Assembly (NCBI GenBank): GCA_002724585.1
Contig: PBPE01000036.1
Span: forward strand, 30,502 to 94,501
Source of the DNA: Dehalococcoidia bacterium
GTDB lineage: Bacteria > Chloroflexota > Dehalococcoidia > Lucifugimonadales > UBA3495
Length of the DNA stretch: 64,000 nt
Reading direction: 5' to 3'
In this document: positions 1-8,940 of the stretch, in pieces
Layout of the letters: the number at the start of each line of letters is the position of its first letter
Numbering within the stretch: position 1 is the first letter of the stretch
Notes under the pieces: model-generated
The model's database searches: none
Told to the model about the DNA's origin: nothing
What the model saw: only the letters and a program-made list of their open reading frames with translations
Position numbers and translations under genes: made by a program

Positions 1-441
1 CTCGCTGAATTGCAAAAATCCAATGATCAGAACTTGGATATGGCTCAAAGAGCTCAGGCTGAGCTAGCAAATTACCGTAAACGTGTTGATGATGAGCGAT
101 TTACTCAACAACAATATGCAAATAGCAGGCTAATCATCCGGCTGTTGCCAATAGTGGATGAACTTGAGATGGCTTTGGAGCATTCGGGAGACATGGAAAT
201 TGATACTGCTTGGCTTGAGGGAATTAAACTGATACATAGGAAAGTGTTACAGATGTTGGAATCTGAAGGATTGAACAAGATAGAAGCTATTGGTCAGCAG
301 TTTGATCCATTACAGCACGAAGCCGTCAGTACTGAGGATTCGAGCGAAGTAGAGACTGGTTACGTTTTGGCAGTACTAAGAAATGGCTACAGGTTGCATG
401 ACAGGATTATTCAACCGGCGCAAGTAGTTGTGGCACGATGA
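1..441 (+). CDS. grpE: Nucleotide exchange factor GrpE, 5'-truncated by the window edge
   Basis: The frame is open from nt 1 (LAELQKSNDQ...). AELANYRKRVDDE and the C-terminal GYRLHDRIIQPAQVVV fit the GrpE coiled-coil plus beta-domain pattern. It lies 48 nt upstream of dnaK. Confidence 0.85.
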   Translation, partial: LAELQKSNDQNLDMAQRAQAELANYRKRVDDERFTQQQYANSRLIIRLLPIVDELEMALEHSGDMEIDTAWLEGIKLIHRKVLQMLESEGLNKIEAIGQQFDPLQHEAVSTEDSSEVETGYVLAVLRNGYRLHDRIIQPAQVVVAR

Positions 442-489
442 TAATGAGATGCGTTTATCAAATAATGAAACAGATATCGGAGGAGAAAA

Positions 490-2388
490 ATGGCTAAAGT
501 CCTAGGTATAGATCTGGGAACGACTAATTCAGTAGCAGCTGTGGTAGAAGCGGGGGACGCCGTTGTAGTAGAAAATGCTGAAGGAGGTCGGTTGACTCCA
601 TCCGTAGTGGCAGTTAATCCCAAAAGTAACGAAAGATATGTAGGACAGACGGCTAAACGGCAAGCTGTAACAAATCCAGAGAATACAGTGTTTTCTGTCA
701 AGCGCTTAATGGGTAGAAAATTCGAAGATGCTCAAGTGCAATCTACTTTGGGGAGATTGCCTTACGAGATTAAAAAAGCTGATAATGGTGATGCTCATGT
801 TGAAATGGTAGGCGAAAGTTACGCGCCTCCCCAGATATCCTCTATGGTTTTACAGAAAATACGTCAGGATGCCGAAGCGAAGTTAGGTGAGAAGATTACG
901 CAAGCGGTTATCACTGTGCCTGCATATTTTGACGATGCACAACGTCAGGCTACTAAGGATGCTGGTACTATAGCCGGCTTAGATGTGCTCAGGATTATTA
1001 ATGAACCTACAGCTTCATCATTGGCTTACGGAATGGATGATAAGCATAAAGATGGTGAAGCCACGATAGCGGTATTTGATCTGGGTGGTGGTACTTTTGA
1101 CATCACTATTCTTCAAATGGGCGATGGCTTGTTCGAAGTTAGATCTACAAATGGCGACACGTATCTCGGTGGGGATGATTTTGATGAGAAAATTCTCGAT
1201 TGGCTAACTCAAGAGTTTTTGCAGGATACTGGCATAGATTTAAAAAATGACAAAATGGCACTGCAACGACTGAGAGATGCTGCTGAAAAAGCTAAGATAG
1301 AGTTGTCTAGTACGATCGAAACCGAAATAAATTTGCCGTTTATAACAGCGGATGCTAGTGGGCCACAGCATCTAATAAAAACATTAAGTCGATCAACACT
1401 TGAACAATTAGTTTCGGATCTGGTCAATAAAACCGAACAGCCGTGCAGGCAGGCATTGGAAGATGCTGGTATCAAACCGGATCAGGTTGATGACGTTATA
1501 CTGGTTGGAGGAATGACCCGTATGCCGTCAGTGCAGGAAAAAGTCAAAGGTATTTTTAATAAAGAACCGAGTCGCACAGTTAATCCAGATGAAGCTGTAG
1601 CGATGGGGGCAGCAATACAAGGCGGTGTTCTTGCTGGAGAAGTGGATGACATAGTTCTTCTAGATGTTACACCGCTTACTCTTGGTATAGAGACTCTGGG
1701 TGGGGTTATGACAACATTGATTGATCGAAATACTACGATCCCTACCAAGAAAACAGAAACTTTTACAACGGCTGCGGATAATCAGGGTAGTGTGGACATA
1801 CATGTTTTACAGGGCGAAAGGCCTATGTCTGCGGATAATAAATCAATTGGGAGATTTATTCTGGACGGGATACTCCCTGCTCCAAGAGGAATTCCACAGG
1901 TTGAAGTCACTTTTGATATAGATGCTAATTCTATTCTGAGTGTATCAGCGCAAGACAAGGGGACTGGCAAAGAGCAAAAAATAGTCATCCAGGCTAGTTC
2001 TGGTTTGTCTGATGAAGAAATAGAGAAAATGAAAGAAGATGCCAAAGCTAACGAAGAAGAGGATGCTAGAAAGCGCGTAGAGATTCAGACTCGTAACGAG
2101 GCGGAGTCGTTAGTATACAGTACTGAAAAACTTATTGAAGATAACGCGGATAAAGTTCCAGAAGACCTAAAATCAGATGTAGAAGGAAAAATAGTCGTCC
2201 TTAAAACAGCAATAGAGTCTAATGATGTTGCTCAAATGCAGACTGCTATGGGTGAATTGAGTACTGCAATGCAACAGATAGGTCAGGCTGTATATTCACA
2301 AGGTGGGGCAGCAGATTCTGATGTGCCATCGGATGGACAATCGGATCCAGGAGATGACACAGTAGAAGGTGAATTTAGAGAAGTCTAG
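490..2388 (+). CDS. dnaK: Hsp70 chaperone DnaK
   Basis: 632-aa ORF with the Hsp70 signatures [17 protein letters not shown] and [19 protein letters not shown] Shine-Dalgarno lies just upstream of the ATG. Confidence 0.98.
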   Translation: MAKVLGIDLGTTNSVAAVVEAGDAVVVENAEGGRLTPSVVAVNPKSNERYVGQTAKRQAVTNPENTVFSVKRLMGRKFEDAQVQSTLGRLPYEIKKADNGDAHVEMVGESYAPPQISSMVLQKIRQDAEAKLGEKITQAVITVPAYFDDAQRQATKDAGTIAGLDVLRIINEPTASSLAYGMDDKHKDGEATIAVFDLGGGTFDITILQMGDGLFEVRSTNGDTYLGGDDFDEKILDWLTQEFLQDTGIDLKNDKMALQRLRDAAEKAKIELSSTIETEINLPFITADASGPQHLIKTLSRSTLEQLVSDLVNKTEQPCRQALEDAGIKPDQVDDVILVGGMTRMPSVQEKVKGIFNKEPSRTVNPDEAVAMGAAIQGGVLAGEVDDIVLLDVTPLTLGIETLGGVMTTLIDRNTTIPTKKTETFTTAADNQGSVDIHVLQGERPMSADNKSIGRFILDGILPAPRGIPQVEVTFDIDANSILSVSAQDKGTGKEQKIVIQASSGLSDEEIEKMKEDAKANEEEDARKRVEIQTRNEAESLVYSTEKLIEDNADKVPEDLKSDVEGKIVVLKTAIESNDVAQMQTAMGELSTAMQQIGQAVYSQGGAADSDVPSDGQSDPGDDTVEGEFREV

Positions 2389-2486
2389 GTAACCTACAAA
2401 ACTGCCATTTACATTAGTGTGTTGTCATCTGATATAATTGGGATAGGCGCACCTAATCTTATCTGGCAGATAGTGGGTTTTGGAGA

Positions 2487-2777
2487 GTGATGATGAGCGC
2501 ACAACCGGAAAGTACCGAACAGGAAGTAATTAGCACGGTGAATGATTACACAATCGACGGAGTCGAGCAACATCTAAGTCCGTTGCAATATCATTACCTG
2601 ACCTTGTTGCAAAGACTGATATCTACTAAGAACAGTTATCAAACAGATCCTGAGTTAGAATCTTGGATGATGGATGCAATAAAAAAATCAGTATATTCTA
2701 GTCTTCGTGATTGTATTGAAGGTAACGTAGGTGACGTCGCAAAGGTTATGCTGCAAGAGGATGTTCAGGTAAATTAA
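2487..2777 (+). CDS. Hypothetical small acidic protein (96 aa) in the position usually held by dnaJ
   Basis: ORF preceded by GGAGAG. I recognised no motif. A strong hairpin terminator follows it. Confidence 0.45.
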   Translation: MMMSAQPESTEQEVISTVNDYTIDGVEQHLSPLQYHYLTLLQRLISTKNSYQTDPELESWMMDAIKKSVYSSLRDCIEGNVGDVAKVMLQEDVQVN

Positions 2778-2800
2778 ATACATGTGCTAAAGGTAATAGA

Positions 2801-2853
2801 CTATAAAATTAATTAGGGCGAGTGTATATCACTCGCCCTAATTAATTTTATAG
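2801..2853. terminator. Bidirectional intrinsic terminator (24-bp perfect stem, 5-nt loop)
   Basis: ctataaaattaattagggcgagtg / tatat / cactcgccctaattaattttatag. The core is GC-rich (gggcgagtg) and the outer arms are A/T-rich, giving a U-tail on either strand. It sits between convergent genes and overlaps the stop of the minus-strand deacetylase gene. Confidence 0.7.
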
Positions 2854-3962
2854 GTAGGAAAACAATTCTTTTTTATATACTCAATACTCGTCTCAGCCGT
2901 ATTATTCACCATATCCCTAATGTCATCAGTTAAGTCGATCTGAATTGTATCCCTCAACAAATTTAGGTTATGTCTTTCTGCGAAAGACTTGGGTATTTTA
3001 TTTGGCAAATCTATCCCGATCATGTTGCCAAATGCTAAAGACCAACATCTTGCCACTGCTAATACGTCGTATCCTCCCCCGCCTAATGCTAGCAATGGTA
3101 CATTAAACCCAATGATGTGTTGTACTATTTTTTCATATCCGTCTGAGGTGATATTCAGGTGGGTTAATGGGTCTGAGTGATAGGTATCTATTCCTAGCTG
3201 AGCTACTATGACATCTGGTTTGAATGCTTGGACGATCGGTATTACGGCTTGTTCAAATGTCCGCGCGTAAACAGCATCATTAGTGTATGGGGATAAGGGC
3301 AAGTTGATCGAATATCCGTCCGCATTGTCTGAGCCTGTTTCGTTGCTGAATCCTGTGCCAGGAAAAAGATATTCCCCTGATTCGTGTATTGAAATAGTTA
3401 AGACGTTGTTATTGGTGTAGAAAGCTTTCTGAACGCCGTCCCCATGATGGGCGTCGACGTCTATGTACGCTACTCTTTTTCCTTGATCAGTTAGATATTT
3501 AATAGCAATAGCGGGATCGTTAAAGATGCAGAAACCAGATGCGTAAGATCTCATTGCGTGATGTAAGCCTCCTGCTATGTTGAAGGCAATATCAACACTT
3601 CCGGAATTTATCAATTCAGCTGCTATCAACGACGCTCCAGTGCTTAGAGTAGCAGCTTCATACATACCCTGATAAACTGGGTTATCTCCACCGACACTGA
3701 ATCCATATTCGTCAGTCATGAATTCCGAGGTTCTTCTACTCAAGCTCTGCACAGCTGCAATGTAATCTTGGCTGTGTATCAGTGATAACTCTTCTTTGGA
3801 GGCATTCCGAGGACATACTAATCTGACTGCAGATTCATTGAACACACCGTAGCTATTTAGTAAGTCGTAAGTATGTTGCAACCGAATTGGTCTCATTGGG
3901 TGGGTGTTACTGAGAACGTGCTGAGATAATATGCCGTTGTATAAGAATGCTGTTTTACGCAT
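2838..3962 (-). CDS. Histone deacetylase / acetoin-utilisation (AcuC/AphA) family deacetylase
   Basis: 374 aa with GGLHHAMRSYASGFCIFND and DVDAHHGDG, the zinc and active-site motifs of the arginase/deacetylase superfamily. Confidence 0.9.
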   Translation of the reverse strand: MRKTAFLYNGILSQHVLSNTHPMRPIRLQHTYDLLNSYGVFNESAVRLVCPRNASKEELSLIHSQDYIAAVQSLSRRTSEFMTDEYGFSVGGDNPVYQGMYEAATLSTGASLIAAELINSGSVDIAFNIAGGLHHAMRSYASGFCIFNDPAIAIKYLTDQGKRVAYIDVDAHHGDGVQKAFYTNNNVLTISIHESGEYLFPGTGFSNETGSDNADGYSINLPLSPYTNDAVYARTFEQAVIPIVQAFKPDVIVAQLGIDTYHSDPLTHLNITSDGYEKIVQHIIGFNVPLLALGGGGYDVLAVARCWSLAFGNMIGIDLPNKIPKSFAERHNLNLLRDTIQIDLTDDIRDMVNNTAETSIEYIKKNCFPTYKIN

Positions 3963-4069
3963 AGCTGCTTTTTATTTTACCTGTAGATTACAATCTAAAT
4001 TTCCGTAATACTCTCTAGAAACTATTTATATTACAAACTTAATGAGTGGTCTATAGCCGAGTTTGGCTA

Positions 4070-4078
4070 TGCTATACT
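4070..4078 (+). promoter_or_regulatory. Candidate extended -10 promoter element for the mobA-aor-fds operon
   Basis: TGcTATACT lies about 40 nt upstream of the mobA TTG start. No good -35 is present. This is a sequence match only. Confidence 0.3.
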
Positions 4079-4116
4079 CAGCCTAGAGTCGAGAAATATT
4101 ATGCTAAGGAGAAAAA

Positions 4117-4725
4117 TTGTCTACAGTATCGGGAATTGTCCTTGCAGGAGGGGAAAGTAGACGTCTGGGTAGGGACAAGGCATTGGAAATCATCGACGGT
4201 CAACATCTTATCGCGAGGGTCATAGACCGAATGCGAAAAGTATGTGATGAAGTATTAGTGGTAGTATCAAATGTTTCGAGATACCCGGCACAGACTATAC
4301 CAACAGATGTAGAAACGGTATTAGATAAATATCCAGGCAAAGGTTCTTTGGGTGGAATCTATTCAGGGCTCATGTCTACAACAATGGAGTATGGACTAGT
4401 AGTAGCATGCGATATGCCATTCTTAAATTTGACTCTATTACAAAAGATAATAAATATGGGTAGCACCTTTGATATATGCGTACCAGTCTTGTCTGGCCGG
4501 CCTGAGCCTACGCATGCATTGTATTCAAAGAAGTGTCTTCCACATATGAGATGTCAGCTAGATATCAATGATCTCAAAATAACGAATTTTTTCTCCAAAG
4601 TCACCGTTAATTATATCGATGAGGCGATTGTAAAAACGATAGACCCTGACTTGCTCAGCTTTTTTAATATTAATTATCAGTCTGATTTAGATCGGGCGCT
4701 AGGTATTGTGAAGGCACAGAATTGA
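4117..4725 (+). CDS. mobA: Molybdenum cofactor guanylyltransferase (MobA family)
   Basis: N-terminal GIVLAGGESRRLGRDKA nucleotide-binding motif and about 200 aa in length. AAGGAG SD sits 5 nt before a TTG start. Confidence 0.85.
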   Translation: MSTVSGIVLAGGESRRLGRDKALEIIDGQHLIARVIDRMRKVCDEVLVVVSNVSRYPAQTIPTDVETVLDKYPGKGSLGGIYSGLMSTTMEYGLVVACDMPFLNLTLLQKIINMGSTFDICVPVLSGRPEPTHALYSKKCLPHMRCQLDINDLKITNFFSKVTVNYIDEAIVKTIDPDLLSFFNINYQSDLDRALGIVKAQN

Positions 4726-5024
4726 ATCTTGAGAAATTACCTATGGTATCAGTAACTGTTGAAGTATATGGGACATTGAGACTTAGAACTAAACGAAAGT
4801 ATATTTATGTGGAAATTCCTGAAGTCAGTGATAGGAAAGATCTTGCATTTGCGTTATCAAAAGTTTGTCCTGATCTTGTTGGTATTGCTATAAATAGCGA
4901 CGCTACTGATTTTAACGATACGTACTCCATCAATTTGAATGGGCTAACATTCTTGGATAATGATAGCTTCCGTGTAATGAGTGGGGATTCGATCATACTC
5001 CTATCCAATCAGGCAGGAGGGTAA
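4722..5024 (+). CDS. MoaD/ThiS-like beta-grasp sulfur-carrier-type protein with C-terminal Gly-Gly
   Basis: About 93-100 aa, ending ...LLSNQAGG-stop (diglycine terminus). It overlaps the mobA stop by 4 nt and ends 2 nt before aor. An alternative ATG start at 4743 (MVSVTVEVYG...) is possible. Confidence 0.6.
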   Translation: MNLEKLPMVSVTVEVYGTLRLRTKRKYIYVEIPEVSDRKDLAFALSKVCPDLVGIAINSDATDFNDTYSINLNGLTFLDNDSFRVMSGDSIILLSNQAGG

Positions 5025-5026
5025 AA

Positions 5027-6853
5027 ATGTACGGCTATCACGGTAAAGTTCTGGTAGTCGATCTATCGAGTGAATCTTCCTGGTGGGATTATATTCCTGA
5101 GGATGTATACCGGAAATATTTGGGAGGTATTGGACTTGGTACGTACCTGCTATACAAATATTGTCCACCTAACGCTAATCCATTATCTGAAAATAACCCA
5201 CTCATATTTGCTACAAGTCCTTTTGTCGGGAGTAGGTTTACAACAACAAGTAAGTTTGCGGTATTGGCGAAGTCACCTTTGACGGGTTTTATCGGAGATT
5301 CTTTGTCATCTAGTCATTTTGCAGATGCTCTGAAAAATGCTTGCGGAGATGCTCTTATCCTATTAAATAGCGCGCAAAACTTTACACTTTTACATGTAGA
5401 CAACGGGAATCCAGTATTTATAGATGCCTCTGATCTAGTTGGGTTAAGTACATTTGACACGGAGAAATCTGTTAAGAGCTTGCTCGGAAATGCTGTCAGA
5501 GTAGCTTCTATTGGTCCAGCAGGTGAGAATCAGGTTTTGTATTCTAGTATAGCCAATGATGGCGGACGCCAGGCAGGAAGGTGTGGCTTGGGGGCCGTCA
5601 TGGGTTGCAAGAATATTAAGGCTTTAGCAATAAATGGTGATATCGAGACTCAGATATATGATCTCGAAGGAGTCGAACGTTACAGGCGAAAGATATCTGC
5701 TAAGAGCCTCGGGGAAGGTACTGATAAATATAGAAATATAGGCACGATGGCAAATGTTTCTTTATTTAATCGCTTCGGTATATTGCCAACAAAGAACTTT
5801 CAAAAAGCCACTTTCGAAAATGCAGATAAGATCAGCGGAGAGGAATTGGTTGAACGGCATTTTGAGAAGAATTCATATTGTTCAAATTGTACTATTGGAT
5901 GTGAAAAACTTCTTGCGACTACTGACAACGGCAAGAAAAGTATCGGGCGTATGGAATATGAGAGTTTATTCGCGTTTGGGCCACTCTGCAATATAGAGGA
6001 ACCTAATACTATAATCCGTGCGGCAAGATTATGTGATGAATTGGGCATGGATACTGTAAGTTGCGGTGCTACGATAGCGTGGGCTATGGAGTGTGACGAA
6101 AATGGCATTTCTATAGGTGATCAGTCTGACGATATGAAGCTTAGCTTTTCTGACTCTCAGGATTTGCTGAAAACGATATCTATGATAGGGCATCGGGAAG
6201 GGATCGGAGATTTACTCGCTTTGGGGAGCAAACGTGCCTCTGAAATAGTTGGCGGAGGATCTGATCACTGGGCGATGCATGTTAAAGGCCTAGAAATACC
6301 AGGCTACGAACCACGATCTCTAAAAACAATGGCACTAGGATTTGCGACAACCCCACGTGGAGCGTGTCATAATCGGTCCTCTGGATACGAAGCAGATTTG
6401 TCGGGAACAGTAGATAGGTTTAGAGCAGATGATAGTAGATCAGAGGTAGCAGTGGCTAGCGAAGATTTTACAGCTGTCTTGGATTCACTAATTTGGTGTA
6501 AATTTCTGCGCAAAGCCTTTGATGACTTTTACGCGGACTCTGCTCAGGCCTACGAATTGATTACAGGATTTGATATCACTCCGGATGAATTAAGATTGTG
6601 TGGGGAGCGAATAAATAATGCAAAAAAGATGTTTAACATTCGTGAAGGTTGGTGCCGTTCTGACGATACGCTTCCACATAGGATATTGAATGAACCTCTT
6701 CCTGATGGAGTAATGCCCGGGGTCTCATTGAGTCGAGAGGAACTCGACGCAATGGTCGAAGATTACTACGTTTCTCGTGGTTGGACTCATGATGGATTAA
6801 TACCGTTTTCAAAGATATGCGAGCTCGGTCTAGATGAATTGTTGGTAAATTGA
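5027..6853 (+). CDS. aor: Aldehyde:ferredoxin oxidoreductase family (tungsto/molybdopterin enzyme)
   Basis: 608 aa. The N-terminus YHGKVLVVDLS is typical of AOR. The [4Fe-4S] ligand pattern is CSNCTIGC (CxxCxxxC) plus a distal PRGACH cysteine. GGAGGG SD. Confidence 0.9.
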   Translation: MYGYHGKVLVVDLSSESSWWDYIPEDVYRKYLGGIGLGTYLLYKYCPPNANPLSENNPLIFATSPFVGSRFTTTSKFAVLAKSPLTGFIGDSLSSSHFADALKNACGDALILLNSAQNFTLLHVDNGNPVFIDASDLVGLSTFDTEKSVKSLLGNAVRVASIGPAGENQVLYSSIANDGGRQAGRCGLGAVMGCKNIKALAINGDIETQIYDLEGVERYRRKISAKSLGEGTDKYRNIGTMANVSLFNRFGILPTKNFQKATFENADKISGEELVERHFEKNSYCSNCTIGCEKLLATTDNGKKSIGRMEYESLFAFGPLCNIEEPNTIIRAARLCDELGMDTVSCGATIAWAMECDENGISIGDQSDDMKLSFSDSQDLLKTISMIGHREGIGDLLALGSKRASEIVGGGSDHWAMHVKGLEIPGYEPRSLKTMALGFATTPRGACHNRSSGYEADLSGTVDRFRADDSRSEVAVASEDFTAVLDSLIWCKFLRKAFDDFYADSAQAYELITGFDITPDELRLCGERINNAKKMFNIREGWCRSDDTLPHRILNEPLPDGVMPGVSLSREELDAMVEDYYVSRGWTHDGLIPFSKICELGLDELLVN

Positions 6854-6869
6854 AGTTTGCTGATCATAT

Positions 6870-7319
6870 ATGGCAGTGGTGATCATATTGGAACGTAAAG
6901 AATTAAGGTCAATTTTAACGTCAAGTTTCCCCCGTGAAAAAACTTATTTATTGCCCGTTCTTCATTATATTCAGGATGAATTTGATTTCATACCTGAGTG
7001 GGCCCTCCAAATAGTTAGTTGGCACTTGAGGGTTCCGGCTAGTGAAGTGTATGGTGCAGCAACGAGTTACTCAGATATAAGGTTTGTCAGTAATGACAAT
7101 CAAACGGTCAGAGTATGTTCAGGGTTGTCATGCTGGTATATGGGAGGAAAGGGTATATACGATCAGTTATGCTCTGACGTTGGTAACGAGGTATGTGTGG
7201 AAGTTACGAACTGTGCATTTACATGTTCTATGGCACCGCTAGTAGAAATAAGCGGACAATGGTTTTCTCGTTCCACAGTACAAAGCGTATTAAACCAGAT
7301 TCTTAGAAGGTCAGACTAA
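6870..7319 (+). CDS. NuoE/FdsG-like [2Fe-2S] thioredoxin-like ferredoxin subunit
   Basis: 149 aa with VCSGLSCWYMGG...NCAFTCSMAPL, the Cx4C...Cx3C cluster pattern of NuoE/HoxE/FdsG. Confidence 0.85.
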   Translation: MAVVIILERKELRSILTSSFPREKTYLLPVLHYIQDEFDFIPEWALQIVSWHLRVPASEVYGAATSYSDIRFVSNDNQTVRVCSGLSCWYMGGKGIYDQLCSDVGNEVCVEVTNCAFTCSMAPLVEISGQWFSRSTVQSVLNQILRRSD

Positions 7320-7320
7320 T

Positions 7321-8928
7321 ATGGTGAACTCGATGGTTTCATCTTATGAACGAATGGTTTTTGATGCTGCTACTAGGGTAGAGGAATATAAAAAGGATAG
7401 AACTAGGATATTAGTTCAGGTTGGTCAATGTAGTGTTTCTGTAGGAGCGTATTCATTAGCGTATGAGTTGCAGCGCAGTTGGAATGAACCAGGTATTGAT
7501 ATCGTAACAACGGGATGTGATGGTGCGTGTTTCGCGGCTCCGCAAGTGATAGTCCACCATACATCTGGAGATGTCTCTTACTTCCAGAATGTTGATCATG
7601 AGAATTTGGAAGTAATCCGGGATTCAGTGCTGAATAACGGACATACCAAGCCTAGTTTTGACCTAGAAAATTTCTTTTCGCCTCAGCATCTCAGCCTGAT
7701 GTCCGGTATCGGAGAAACAGATCCTAATTCTCTGGATGAATATTTGGCTATCGGGGGTTATAACGGTCTACTGAAAGCTTTATGCGTGACACCGACTGAA
7801 GTGATACTAGAAGTATCCCAATCAGGGTTGCTAGGCCGAGGAGGGGCGTATTTTCCTACATCGAGAAAATGGGAGACTGCGCGAAATACGGATTCACTAG
7901 AAAGATTTTTAATAGTAAATGCTGAGGAAGGTGAGCCAGGGCTATTCAAAGATAGGCATATATTGGAAGGTATGCCTCATCGATTGTTAGAGGGAGCGTT
8001 GATAGCTGCGTATGCTAGTGGATGTTCCAAGTGTTACGTTTATGTGAATGCTGAAGCTCATTTGTCAGTACAAAGACTTTCTGAAGCTATTAAATCTGCT
8101 CAGGATGCTGGTCTGATTGGAAACCATATATTAGGGTCTGACTTTAATTGTACTGTGGAATTGAGGACAGGAGCAGGAGGGTATGTTTGTGGGGAAGAAA
8201 CTACACTAATCAATACTATGGAAGGCGTTAGAAGAGAACCGAGACTAAAACCACCGTTTCCGGTTGAGGTAGGACTGTTTCAGAAACCAACTGTAATAAA
8301 TAACGTTGAAACATTAGCAAATGTTCCTGGTATTTTACTCAATGGGGCAGCGAGATTTGCTCAGATAGGCCTTCCAGAAGCCACAGGTACCAAACTATAT
8401 AGCCTTAGTGGTTCCGTATGCCGTCCGGGTCTTATCGAACTGCCTATGGGTGTCTCACTTAGTCAGATTGTAATCGATGTTGGAGGTGGAAGCCTTCCGG
8501 GGCGATCAGCTAAGCTATTGGCAGTTGGAGGGCCTTCCAGTGGAGTGTTGCCTATTTCAGAAATTGATACTCAAATGAAACCTGGATGGTTGCACAAGAG
8601 CGGTGTGGTGATGGGTGGAGGAGGAGTGATTGTGTTGGATGAAGCAGTCCCGGTACAGGACGTGGTTAGATCTCTTGCTCAGTACAATGCTTCAGAGTCT
8701 TGTGGTAAATGTACACCGTGTCGTGAAGGCACGCCTAGGGTGGTTGAAAAGTTATCGGGATTAGCCGACGACGATGATTCTATCCACATAATTCGTGATT
8801 TAGAGCTACTGTCTGATATTTTGGCTGGAGCTTCCTTGTGTGGATTAGGGCAGATGGCAGGAAATATAGTAAAAAGTGGTCTCTATTTCTTTAAAGATGA
8901 ATTAACTGGGCGCAATGAGAATGTGTGA
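7321..8928 (+). CDS. NuoF/FdsB-like NAD(H)-binding FMN/[4Fe-4S] diaphorase subunit
   Basis: 535 aa. Motifs are GRGGAYFPTSRKWE (FMN site), GAGGYVCGEETTLI (NADH site) and ESCGKCTPCREG...SLCGLG (N3-type 4Fe-4S). There is an N-terminal thioredoxin-like extension as in FdsB/HoxF. Confidence 0.9.
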   Translation: MVNSMVSSYERMVFDAATRVEEYKKDRTRILVQVGQCSVSVGAYSLAYELQRSWNEPGIDIVTTGCDGACFAAPQVIVHHTSGDVSYFQNVDHENLEVIRDSVLNNGHTKPSFDLENFFSPQHLSLMSGIGETDPNSLDEYLAIGGYNGLLKALCVTPTEVILEVSQSGLLGRGGAYFPTSRKWETARNTDSLERFLIVNAEEGEPGLFKDRHILEGMPHRLLEGALIAAYASGCSKCYVYVNAEAHLSVQRLSEAIKSAQDAGLIGNHILGSDFNCTVELRTGAGGYVCGEETTLINTMEGVRREPRLKPPFPVEVGLFQKPTVINNVETLANVPGILLNGAARFAQIGLPEATGTKLYSLSGSVCRPGLIELPMGVSLSQIVIDVGGGSLPGRSAKLLAVGGPSSGVLPISEIDTQMKPGWLHKSGVVMGGGGVIVLDEAVPVQDVVRSLAQYNASESCGKCTPCREGTPRVVEKLSGLADDDDSIHIIRDLELLSDILAGASLCGLGQMAGNIVKSGLYFFKDELTGRNENV

Positions 8929-8940
8929 AGATCGTTCGCA

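Noticed and set aside
411-2045. Antisense and nested ORFs of 60-100 aa inside dnaK (411..701-, 1209..1475-, 1482..1748-, 1721..1921+, 1782..2045-). Equivalent shadow ORFs occur inside almost every large gene in the track.
   Set aside because: They lie wholly within strongly conserved genes on the other strand or frame. They have low-complexity, Ser/Arg/Leu-rich translations, no SD sequences and no recognisable motifs. They are typical frame shadows.
3963-4116. A Moco riboswitch upstream of the mobA-aor-fds operon.
   Set aside because: There is only a short inverted repeat (atagcc-N6-ggctat) and isolated gccgag/gtcgag strings. I could not reconstruct the multi-stem Moco motif. The roughly 35-nt leader after the candidate -10 is too short. 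An Infernal scan would settle it.
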